Source of the DNA: Candidatus Entotheonellaceae bacterium
GTDB lineage: Bacteria; Tectomicrobia; Entotheonellia; Entotheonellales; Entotheonellaceae
Assembly: GCA_965238075.1 (NCBI GenBank)
Contig: OZ250173.1
Span: forward strand, 1,952,001-2,016,000
Direction: 5' to 3'
DNA length: 64,000 bases
Shown here: one piece after another, positions 56,003 to 64,000 of the stretch
How positions within the stretch are numbered: the stretch's first letter is position 1
Layout: each line of letters opens with the position of its first letter
The notes under the pieces: generated by a model
Databases searched by the model: none
What the model was told of the DNA's origin: nothing
The model's input: only the letters and a program-made list of their open reading frames with translations
Made by a program: the position numbers and the translations under genes

Positions 56003-57079
56003 TCAATACGGGAACGGCCAGCGGCGCAGTTTTTCTTTGCCGATTTGCCACAGGCGGGCGAGGCCGCGGGGTTCAAGGATGAGGAAGGCAATGATGAAGC
56101 CGCCGAAGACGATGAACTCGATTTCCTTGGCGAGGTCGACAGGCATATCAAGGCCGACGAGGTGGGGCGCGTTGGTGAGGAAAATGGGCAGCATGGTAAT
56201 GAACGCCGCCCCGATGATGGAGCCGAGGATGCTGCCCAGGCCGCCGATGATGACCATGAAAAGCACCTCGAACGACACGTTGATGTCAAAGGCCAGGGTT
56301 TCGACGCTGCCGAGGTAGACGAATAGCATCAGGGCGCCGGCGATGCCGCAGTAGAACGAGCTGACGGCGAAGGCCGACAGCTTGGTCGTCAGGGGCCGGA
56401 TGCCGATGATCTCCGCCGCCACGTCCATGTCGCGGATGGCCATCCAGGTGCGGCCGATCTCACTACGCACCAGATTCTTGGCGATCAGGGCGAAGACCAC
56501 CACGAAGCTCAGCACCACCAGGTAGCGCACCGCGGCGGTGGCTTCGGGGCCGGTCACCATGATGCCCATAAGGGTTCGCGGCGGCGCGGTGATGGTGCCG
56601 GACGGGTTGTAGTTGTAGAACCAGGCGACGCGGTTGAACAGCCAGGTGAGGAAAAACTGCGCCGCCAGCGTTGTCACCGCCAGATACAGCCCCTTGATGC
56701 GCAGGCTCGGCAGCCCGAACACCAGGCCGACGCCGGCGGCCATGACGCCCGCAAACAGGAAGACGACCACCATATTCAGTTCCGGCATGGCGGTGGTCAA
56801 CTTGTAGGCGGTGTAGGCGCCAACCGCCATGAAGCCGCCGGTGCCGAGGGACAACTGACCGGTGTAGCCGGTGAGCAGATTGAGGCCGATGGCTGCCAAG
56901 GCATAGATCAGGAAGGGAATGAGCACGGCTTGCAGCCAGTACTCATTGGCCAGGGTCGGCACGACCCCGTACGCCGCCACCAGCACCAGCGCGACGCACC
57001 AGCGGTCCTGGGCAATCGGAAAGATGGCCTGATCGCGCCGGTACGACGTTTTGAACTGCCCGGTCTCACGATACAGCAT
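56003..57079 (-). CDS. ABC permease (LivM-like)
   Basis: Starts MLYRETGQFK; GLNLLTGYTGQLSLG, GLYLAVTTLA and IIGGLGS motifs. Confidence 0.92.
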   Translation of the reverse strand: MLYRETGQFKTSYRRDQAIFPIAQDRWCVALVLVAAYGVVPTLANEYWLQAVLIPFLIYALAAIGLNLLTGYTGQLSLGTGGFMAVGAYTAYKLTTAMPELNMVVVFLFAGVMAAGVGLVFGLPSLRIKGLYLAVTTLAAQFFLTWLFNRVAWFYNYNPSGTITAPPRTLMGIMVTGPEATAAVRYLVVLSFVVVFALIAKNLVRSEIGRTWMAIRDMDVAAEIIGIRPLTTKLSAFAVSSFYCGIAGALMLFVYLGSVETLAFDINVSFEVLFMVIIGGLGSILGSIIGAAFITMLPIFLTNAPHLVGLDMPVDLAKEIEFIVFGGFIIAFLILEPRGLARLWQIGKEKLRRWPFPY

Positions 57080-57081
57080 GC

Positions 57082-58017
57082 TTATACCCTTTCGATGATT
57101 TCTTCCCCGAACAGCCCCTGCGGCCTGAAGAACAACACGACCATTGCCAGCACGTAGGCGAACCAGTTCTCGATGGCGCCGCCAAAGGCCGGACCCCAGT
57201 AGACCTCGCCGATTTTCTCCCCAACCCCGATGATGAGCCCGCCGACAATGGCGCCGGGGATGGACGTGATGCCACCCAGAATCAGCACCGGCAGGGCCTT
57301 TAACGCAATGAGCGACAGGCTGAACTGCACGCCGCTCTTCGATCCCCACATAATGCCCGCAACCAGGGCCACCAGACCTGCCACGGACCACACCGTGACC
57401 CAGATCGTCTGCAACGGAATGCCCACCGCGGTCGCCGCCTGATGGTCGTCCGCCACGGCGCGTAAAGCCCGCCCGATGGCGGTCTTCTGGGACAACACGG
57501 CCAGCAGGACCACCAGCACCGCGGCGGTCAACGCGGAAAACAACTCGAACTGGTTGAGCAGCATGCCGGCGAAATCGAAGGAATCGTCCGGGATGCCCAG
57601 GTCCAGGCGCTTGACGTTGCTGCCCCACAGCAGCTCGCCAAAGCCTTCGAGGAAGAACGACAGCCCGATGGTTGCCATCAGCAGCGTCAGCGGGTCCTGA
57701 TTGACCAGCGGCCGCAACACCAGCCGTTCGATGCCGTAGGCCAGCGCCACCATGACCGCGACGGTGACGGGCAGCGCGACCCAGACCGGCACGCCGCGCT
57801 CCATCTGCCCGACGAGCGTCAGGGCGGCGAACAGCACCATGATGCCCTGGGAAAAATTGAATACGCCGGAAGCCTTGAAGATGAGCACGAAGCCGAGCGC
57901 CACCATCGAATACATGACGCCCGTCATGAGCCCGCCGAGCACGACCTCGGCAAAGAAAATCGGAGCCGACAGGATCTCCGTAAATGGCGTCACAAACCAA
58001 ATGTCGAAGAAGCCCAT
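57082..58017 (-). CDS. ABC permease (LivH-like)
   Basis: YSMVALGFVLIFKASGVFNFSQG, GRALRAVADD and RPQGLFG motifs. Confidence 0.92.
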   Translation of the reverse strand: MGFFDIWFVTPFTEILSAPIFFAEVVLGGLMTGVMYSMVALGFVLIFKASGVFNFSQGIMVLFAALTLVGQMERGVPVWVALPVTVAVMVALAYGIERLVLRPLVNQDPLTLLMATIGLSFFLEGFGELLWGSNVKRLDLGIPDDSFDFAGMLLNQFELFSALTAAVLVVLLAVLSQKTAIGRALRAVADDHQAATAVGIPLQTIWVTVWSVAGLVALVAGIMWGSKSGVQFSLSLIALKALPVLILGGITSIPGAIVGGLIIGVGEKIGEVYWGPAFGGAIENWFAYVLAMVVLFFRPQGLFGEEIIERV

Positions 58018-58051
58018 GTGAACGGAACCCTCGGAGAAATTTGCGTTGGCG

Positions 58052-58834
58052 TCAGGTGTGCGCCACACCCAGGTAGGCGTCGATGACGTCCGGGTTGGCG
58101 CGCACCTCGTCCGGCGATCCGTCGGCGATCTTGCGGCCGTAGTCGAGCACCACGACGCGGTCCGAGATGTCCATCACCACGCCCATGTCGTGCTCGATGA
58201 GCACGCAGGTAATGTCAAACTCGTCGCGAATGTCGAGGATGAAGCGGCACATGTCCTCCTTCTCCTCCACGTTCATGCCGGCCATGGGTTCATCGAGCAG
58301 CAGCAGGCGCGGTTCGGCGGCCAGCGCACGGCCCAATTCAACGCGTTTCTGCAAGCCGTATGGCAGGCGCCCGACCGGAGTCTTGCGAATGGCCTCGATC
58401 TCCAGAAAGTTGATTACCCGCTCGACGTACGCCCGCTGCGACTCCTCCTCACGCAGCGCCCGGCCCCAGTACAGCGCCTGGCTCAGCAGGCCGCTGCGCA
58501 TGTGCAGAACGCGGCCGGTCATGAGGTTGTCGAGGGTGCTCATGCCCTTGAACAACGCCACGTTCTGAAAGGTGCGCGCGATGCCCTGGCGGGCGACGTG
58601 ATAGGGACGCAGGTTGCGCGGGCGGGCCTGACCCATGAACACCAGACGGCCCTGCTGGGGGCGATAGACGCCGTTGATGACGTTAAGCAGCGAGGTCTTG
58701 CCGGCGCCGTTGGGACCGATGATGGCCAGGATTTCACCACCGTATACCTCGATGCTGACGTCGATCAGCGCTCGCACGGCATCGAAGGACAGGCTGACGC
58801 CTTCGACGCTTAACAGACTCTCTCGGTTGCCCAT
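58052..58834 (-). CDS. ABC ATPase (LivG-like)
   Basis: GPNGAGKTS, IARTFQN, LPYGLQKR and IEHDM motifs. Confidence 0.93.
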   Translation of the reverse strand: MGNRESLLSVEGVSLSFDAVRALIDVSIEVYGGEILAIIGPNGAGKTSLLNVINGVYRPQQGRLVFMGQARPRNLRPYHVARQGIARTFQNVALFKGMSTLDNLMTGRVLHMRSGLLSQALYWGRALREEESQRAYVERVINFLEIEAIRKTPVGRLPYGLQKRVELGRALAAEPRLLLLDEPMAGMNVEEKEDMCRFILDIRDEFDITCVLIEHDMGVVMDISDRVVVLDYGRKIADGSPDEVRANPDVIDAYLGVAHT

Positions 58835-58837
58835 GTT

Positions 58838-60820
58838 TCAGTCCGCTCCCCCAACCGGCGTCAGGGGAGAGCCGGCCAGCGTTTCCGAGGGCTGTGGGGT
58901 GACGCTGCGGAGCCGCAGGTCCGCCTTCATCAAGCCGGTGCGGCCGTCTTCAAAAACCACCTGCGCCTCAATCGACACGGACTCATTGTCGCTATACAGC
59001 GCTTCGATGAGGTCGCCGTACTTGTCGGCGACGACGCGCCGTCGCACCTTGCGGGTGCGGGTCAGCTCGCCGTCGTCGGGGTCGAGTTCCTTGTGCAGCA
59101 CCAGAAAGCGCCGCATCTGGACGCCGGCCATTTGCGGCTCCTCGGCCAGACTGGCGTTGACGCGCTCGATCTCGCTCTGCACGAGATCGTAGACTTCCGA
59201 ACGCGCCGCCAGATCGGCGTAGCTGGTATAGACCAGGCCGCGGCGCTCGGCCCAGGTGCCGACCGCCTCCAGGTCGATGTTGATGAAGGCGCTGACGTAG
59301 GGCCGTTCCTGGCCGAAGGCGACGGCCTCTTTGATATAGGGGCTGAATTTCAGCTTGTTTTCGAGGTAGCGCGGTGCGAACAGCGTCTCCTGCCCGTCGG
59401 CGAGGTGGCTGACGTCGCGGGCGCGGTCGATGATCTTCAAGTGGCCCGCGTCGTCCAGGTAGCCGGCGTCGCCCGAATGCACCCAGCCGTCCTCCATCGC
59501 CTCAGCAGTGGCGTCGGGGTTCTTGTAATAGCCCATGAACACGCCCGGACTGCGGTACATGACCTCGCCGTCGGCGGCGATCTTGAGTTCCACGTCGGGC
59601 ATGACCGTACCGACGGTATCGGGCTTCACGTCGCCGTCCGGCTGCACGCAGACGAAGACACTGGCTTCCGTCATGCCGTAAAGCTGCTTGATGTTGATGC
59701 CGAGCGAGCGGTAGAAGGTGAAAATCTCGGAGCCGATGGCCTCGCCGGCGGTGTAGGCCAGGCGGATGCGGCTGAAGCCCAGGTTGTCCTTGAGCGGCCC
59801 GTAGACCAGCGCGTGGCCGAGACGGTACAGGAAGGCGTCAAAGGGGTTGACGGCCTCATTGGCGAGCTTGCGGGTGCCGACGCGCTGCGCTACCTGCAGG
59901 AAGAAGTGGCACACCTTGCGCTTGATCCAGGCGGCGTCCTCGAGGCGAATCATCACCGACGTCAGGATGTTTTCCCACATGCGCGGCGGTGCGAAGAAGT
60001 AGGTCGGGCCGATGTCGTGCAGGTCCGTGAGCACCGTGTCGCTGCTCTCCGGGCAATTGAGGGTGAAGCCGCCGCAATAGAACTGGCCGTATGAAAAGAT
60101 GTGGTCGCCGACCCACGCCATCGGCAGGTACGACAGGATTTCCTCGCTCTCCCCCAGCCCCTCGCGCTGCAGCGCGTTGCGGGAGGTGACGGCGATGTTG
60201 TCGTACGACAGCATGACGCCCTTCGGTTGCCCCGTGGTGCCGGAGGTGTAGAGAATGACCGCCAGGTCGCCGCCCTTGCCCAGGGCGACCTGTTCCTCGA
60301 AAAATCCGGGCTGCTGGGCGTCGAACTCGCGGCCCGCCGCCTGGATGGCCTCGAAGGCGAACAGGAACGGCTCGTTGTAGTGGCGCAGCCCGCGCGGGTC
60401 GTCATAAACGATCAGTTCGAGCTGCGGGCAGCGCGGCATGACGAGCAGCAGCTTGTCCACCTGCTCCTGGTCTTCGACGATGGCAAAGCGCGTTTCGGCG
60501 TGCTCCAGAACGAACTGCATCTCGTCGGCCACGGCGTCCTGGTACAGCGGCACCGGCACCCCGCCGACGCATTGCGTCGCCACCATGGCCCAGTATAGCT
60601 GCGGCCGGTTGTCGCCGATGATCGCCACCTTGTCGCCGCGTTGCAGACCCTTGGCGGCCAGCCCGCAAGCCAGTGCCCGCACCTCGTCGCGTATCTGTCC
60701 CCAACTGTATTCCAGCCAGATACCGAGGTCCTTCTCGCGCATGGCGGTACGCTCCGCATGGCGGCCGGCGCGGTCGAGGAGAAACTTGGGAAAGGTGTCG
60801 GGCGCACTGGGCTGTTGCAT
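58838..60820 (-). CDS. Long-chain acyl-CoA synthetase (ABC-operon associated)
   Basis: YTSGTTGQPKG, YGMTE, SGDAG and GELTRTRKVRR motifs. Confidence 0.92.
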   Translation of the reverse strand: MQQPSAPDTFPKFLLDRAGRHAERTAMREKDLGIWLEYSWGQIRDEVRALACGLAAKGLQRGDKVAIIGDNRPQLYWAMVATQCVGGVPVPLYQDAVADEMQFVLEHAETRFAIVEDQEQVDKLLLVMPRCPQLELIVYDDPRGLRHYNEPFLFAFEAIQAAGREFDAQQPGFFEEQVALGKGGDLAVILYTSGTTGQPKGVMLSYDNIAVTSRNALQREGLGESEEILSYLPMAWVGDHIFSYGQFYCGGFTLNCPESSDTVLTDLHDIGPTYFFAPPRMWENILTSVMIRLEDAAWIKRKVCHFFLQVAQRVGTRKLANEAVNPFDAFLYRLGHALVYGPLKDNLGFSRIRLAYTAGEAIGSEIFTFYRSLGINIKQLYGMTEASVFVCVQPDGDVKPDTVGTVMPDVELKIAADGEVMYRSPGVFMGYYKNPDATAEAMEDGWVHSGDAGYLDDAGHLKIIDRARDVSHLADGQETLFAPRYLENKLKFSPYIKEAVAFGQERPYVSAFINIDLEAVGTWAERRGLVYTSYADLAARSEVYDLVQSEIERVNASLAEEPQMAGVQMRRFLVLHKELDPDDGELTRTRKVRRRVVADKYGDLIEALYSDNESVSIEAQVVFEDGRTGLMKADLRLRSVTPQPSETLAGSPLTPVGGAD

Positions 60821-60952
60821 GGGGTTCGTTCTCTATTCAACGGGTGAAGGTTGAGGGTCAAACGGATTCTAGGCCAGCAGGGGGTAAAGGGGAGACAGTC
60901 TGCCGCACGGCGAGTCAAATTGCAAATGGCGCGGTGGCGGGGCCAGCCGAAA

Positions 60953-61825
60953 TCAGGAGACCAGAAAGCGTTTGACGATCATCACCGGGAGGAGGGATTT
61001 GGCCGCCACGGCGTTGGAAATGCTGCCGATCATCAGGCGTTTGAGGCCGGTCATGCCGCGCGATCCCATGACGATGGCGTCGCACTGGCGGCTGCTGGCG
61101 GTTTCCAGAACAGCCTCGGTGACGTTGCCGTAGGCCAGATGGGCCTCGTACGTGACGCCCGCGGTGGCGGCGCGTGCCTCGGCATGGGCGAGGATGCCCT
61201 TGGCGCCGGAGTTGTCGTCGAAGGCGTCCTTGGAGGCGGAAGCGCGGCTGGCGTCAACGCACAGGATACAGACTTCCAGCCCGTTTTCCTGTGCCAGCTT
61301 GAGGGCATGATCCACGGCCATGTCCGACCACGGCGAGCCGCCGGTGGCTATCAAGAGGCGGCGCCACGTGGGCTGCCCGGACTTCACGGTGGGGGGATGC
61401 TTAATGACCAGAATGGGCTGTTCGCAGCGGGCGGTAACGGCATTCAGGGTGCGCCCGATCATGAGGCGTTTCCAGCCGGTGACGACACGCGAGCCGAGGA
61501 CGATGAGGTCGCACTGCTCCTCATGGGCCGTCTGCAGAATGGTTTCCGGCACGCTGCCCCATTTGGCGACCACGCTGTAGGACACCTTGGCGGCATCGGC
61601 TCTTGCCGAGGCCTGGGCAATCAGTTCGTGCCCCTGGCGCTCGATACTCTCCATGAGCAACTCGGAGGACGACATCACGTCGGGCATGGTGTAGGCCACC
61701 GGACTGGCCAGCACGGTGAGAATCGTCAAGTCGGTGCCCGCGGCGGCGACCAGGGAGATGGCGTAGCTCAGAGCGGCGTCCGACCACGGGCTTCCCCCGA
61801 TGGCCACCAGCACTTTTCTGTACAT
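60953..61825 (-). CDS. Tandem-domain universal stress protein
   Basis: Two USP domains: VLVAIGGSPWS..DLIVLGSR and LLIATGGSPWS..AIVMGSRG..LMIGS. Confidence 0.9.
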   Translation of the reverse strand: MYRKVLVAIGGSPWSDAALSYAISLVAAAGTDLTILTVLASPVAYTMPDVMSSSELLMESIERQGHELIAQASARADAAKVSYSVVAKWGSVPETILQTAHEEQCDLIVLGSRVVTGWKRLMIGRTLNAVTARCEQPILVIKHPPTVKSGQPTWRRLLIATGGSPWSDMAVDHALKLAQENGLEVCILCVDASRASASKDAFDDNSGAKGILAHAEARAATAGVTYEAHLAYGNVTEAVLETASSRQCDAIVMGSRGMTGLKRLMIGSISNAVAAKSLLPVMIVKRFLVS

Positions 61826-61875
61826 GACAGCTTCCCTCCTGTCCTTGGCGGGAAATCGGTCAATCCCGATGCGTC

Positions 61876-62670
61876 TCAGCGGCCCTGGAACTGCGGGCGG
61901 CGCTTCTCGGTGAATGCCTGCACGCCTTCCTGGTAATCCTGACTGTTGAAGCAATCGGCGATGAGCGCGTCGAGCGCGGCCAGGTCGCGCTGTTCAGGCG
62001 GCTGCAGCAATTGGTCCACGCTGGCCTTGGCGGATCGCAGGGTGAGCGGAGCGTTGCGGGCCATGGTGAGGGCGTAGTCGCGGGTGAACGATTCCAACTC
62101 ATCCTTGGGGACGACCTGATTGACCAGTCCCATGCGCAGGGCGTCCTGGGCGCTGAAGTTGGTGCGCGCGGTGAAGAAGATTTCCTTGGTGTAGGCCGGC
62201 CCGATGAGCTTCATGAGCCGCTCCATGCCGTTGTAGTGGTAGCCTAGTCCCAGGCGGGCGGCGGGAATGCCGAAGCGGGCGTCGTCCGAGGCGATGCGCA
62301 CGTCGCAGCCGATGGCGATGCTGACGCCGCCGCCGATGCAGTAGCCGTGGATCATGGCCAGCAGCGGCTTGTCGAGCGTTTTCAGGCTTTCCTGGCCGCG
62401 CGCCGAGATACGTCCGTAGGCCGCCTCGTCGTCCATGTTGCGGCGCCGCTCCTTGAACTGCGAAATGTCCGCCCCGGCGACAAACGCCTTCTCACCGGCG
62501 CCGCGCAGGATGACCACCCGGATGGCGTCGTCCTCGGCCAGGTCCTTCACGTAATCCGGCATCAGCGCCCACATTTCCTGGCTCACGGCGTTGCGCTTTT
62601 CCGGCTGGTTGAAAATGATCCAGCCAATCGGCCCGTCCTTTTCCATTAGTAGCTTCTCGGCGTTGCTCAT
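61876..62670 (-). CDS. Enoyl-CoA hydratase/isomerase family protein
   Basis: NQPEKRNA, AFVAGADI, GYCIGGG and EKRRPQFQGR motifs. Confidence 0.93.
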   Translation of the reverse strand: MSNAEKLLMEKDGPIGWIIFNQPEKRNAVSQEMWALMPDYVKDLAEDDAIRVVILRGAGEKAFVAGADISQFKERRRNMDDEAAYGRISARGQESLKTLDKPLLAMIHGYCIGGGVSIAIGCDVRIASDDARFGIPAARLGLGYHYNGMERLMKLIGPAYTKEIFFTARTNFSAQDALRMGLVNQVVPKDELESFTRDYALTMARNAPLTLRSAKASVDQLLQPPEQRDLAALDALIADCFNSQDYQEGVQAFTEKRRPQFQGR

Positions 62671-62719
62671 GCCCGTTTTCTCCTGTTGTTGTGGCGGTTA
62701 AGTGTTTGGAAACGGGATG

Positions 62720-63232
62720 TTAGATGCCTCCCTTAAGCAGGGCCACGCCGATGGCAATGACAAATCCGGCGCACAGTCCGACCAGCCACTGACGTAACTG
62801 GCGCATGTCGGCGTGGGATTCGGTGCGCATTTCAACCAAGGTCTGCCTGATGTCCACCATGGTCCGATTCAAATCGTCAAAGCGTTTGTCCGCGGCCTCA
62901 AAGCGATGATTGATGCTCTCGTGGGTCAGATCGAAACGCTGATCGACTTGCTGCCGCGAGTCGTCAACTTGTTGCTGCATGCCGTCGAAGCGCTGGTTGA
63001 CTTGCTGCCGCATGTCGTCCAGGCGCTGGTCGACTTGTTGCTGCATGCCGTTGAATTGTTGCTGCATGCCGTCGAAACGCTGGTTGACTTGCTGCCGCAT
63101 GTCGTCCAGGCGCTGGTCGACTTGTTGCTGCATACCGTTGAATTGTTGCTGCATGCCGTCGAAACGCTGATCCATACGTATGGTGAACTCGGCAAACTGT
63201 TCGGCGCTGACAACTGCCAATGTTTCGGCCAT
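62720..63232 (-). CDS. Coiled-coil tandem-repeat protein with C-terminal TM anchor (DUF1640-like)
   Basis: VDQRLDDMRQQ/VNQRFDGMQQQ/FNGMQQQ repeats; C-terminal WLVGLCAGFVIAIGVALL. Confidence 0.7.
   Translation of the reverse strand: MAETLAVVSAEQFAEFTIRMDQRFDGMQQQFNGMQQQVDQRLDDMRQQVNQRFDGMQQQFNGMQQQVDQRLDDMRQQVNQRFDGMQQQVDDSRQQVDQRFDLTHESINHRFEAADKRFDDLNRTMVDIRQTLVEMRTESHADMRQLRQWLVGLCAGFVIAIGVALLKGGI
62969..63169. repeat. 87-bp intragenic tandem repeat, about 2.3 copies
   Basis: Near-identical units begin at 62969, 63056 and 63143 (partial). Confidence 0.85.
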
Positions 63233-63627
63233 GCTTCTTCCCTCTGCCGGCTTTCTGGAAGCGGCCGGAATGAACCTCAATCCATCCGAATAGCTTCAGG
63301 CGCACGCCCATTCAGAGTCGTAAAAACGCGGGCGACTATACTACGCAATGTTTGCCGCTTCCAGCCGTAAAGATCACCGCCCAGGGCAAACGCATATGAT
63401 CCATTGTCATACGTCTGGTTCCAGCAGTTCCTCGAATTACCCCTTGGTATTCCGTCGAGGGGAGAAGGTTCGGCTGACGCGGATAACGCCATATGCGCTT
63501 ACCCTGGATCACCGCCCTTTTCCGGGATGAGTGAGAAGCCCTTGATGCGTTATGGTATCCGGCGCCGAAGTAAGGTATCGTTCGGAAATTCCACTATCAC
63601 CATCTTTCCCCAGGAGGACCCCCGCAC

Positions 63628-64000
63628 ATGCAATCCACAAGCCGCCGCCCCGTGACGAACGGCGACCTCGACCACGCTCCCAGGGCCAACGTGCACATCC
63701 TTGATAACGGCCTGCAAGTGGTGCTGCTTGAAGACCACAGCGCACCCGTCGTCGCCCTGCAGACGTGGGTGCGGTTCGGCAGCGCCGACGAGGACCCGGC
63801 CGTGGCAGGCATTGCACACGTCTTCGAGCACATGTTGTTCAAGGGCACGGACCGCTTTCCGAACGGGGAAATCGCCGCCCTCATCGAGGGCGCCGGCGGC
63901 TCGGTGAACGCCTGGACGAATTACGATGAAACGGTCTACCACGTCACCCTGTCCAGCCGTTTCTGGGAAACCGGCTTCGACGTGTTGAGCGACGCCGTTC
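63628..64000 (+). CDS. M16 family (pitrilysin/insulinase) zinc peptidase, partial
   Basis: Not in the ORF track. AGGAGG RBS, ATG 63628; ILDNGLQVV..GIAHVFEHMLFKGT (HxxEH)..NAWTNYDET; runs off the right edge. Confidence 0.9.
   Translation, partial: MQSTSRRPVTNGDLDHAPRANVHILDNGLQVVLLEDHSAPVVALQTWVRFGSADEDPAVAGIAHVFEHMLFKGTDRFPNGEIAALIEGAGGSVNAWTNYDETVYHVTLSSRFWETGFDVLSDAV

Noticed and set aside
56003-58000. 665-aa ORF that looks like a fused permease
   Set aside because: The first half is an off-frame reading of livH; the real livM starts at ATG 57079.
62969-63169. Tandem repeats as a possible CRISPR array
   Set aside because: No unique spacers, unit length is a multiple of 3 inside a CDS, and no cas genes are present.
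63277-63600. Short ORFs in the lower-GC gap before the M16 peptidase
   Set aside because: No recognisable motif in any frame; may be a decayed gene, but I cannot support a call.

Overview
GC-rich bacterial chromosomal window, mostly housekeeping genes. These include yebC-ruvCAB-queA, HU, dnaJ2-hspR-dnaJ, a DacZ-like diadenylate cyclase, a stand-alone EF-G paralogue, maf, a polyprenyl synthase, comM, tatBC, pyrE, B12-dependent nrdJ, moeA, pdxST, groESL with a perfect CIRCE, coaC and dtd. Catabolic and transport genes include an LLM oxidoreductase, glcDE, a MetE-like protein, Ldh_2, acyl-CoA ligases and a liv-type ABC operon. The gene mix suggests a lineage such as Ca. Tectomicrobia or a deltaproteobacterial relative (inference only). 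Accessory patches interrupt the backbone: (i) an XRE-ImmA/IrrE gene at the left edge that the ORF track misses; (ii) phd-vapC followed by a PD-(D/E)XK nuclease with a SeqA-like C-terminal domain, plus a decayed polyamine ABC remnant; (iii) an IS5 pseudogene plus a MITE; (iv) a single-chain Type IIG-like R-M enzyme followed by a YwgA/Panacea-like fusion protein and a frameshifted DUF2335 gene, bounded by a MITE-like element and a REP doublet; (v) a second phd-vapC pair inserted inside the liv operon. The best-supported hidden feature is a DsbA/FrnE-like selenoprotein candidate (41541-42206) with an in-frame TGA in a CxxU motif followed by a SECIS-like hairpin. I saw no tRNA, rRNA or CRISPR array. 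All family calls come from motif recognition by eye; no database searches were run.
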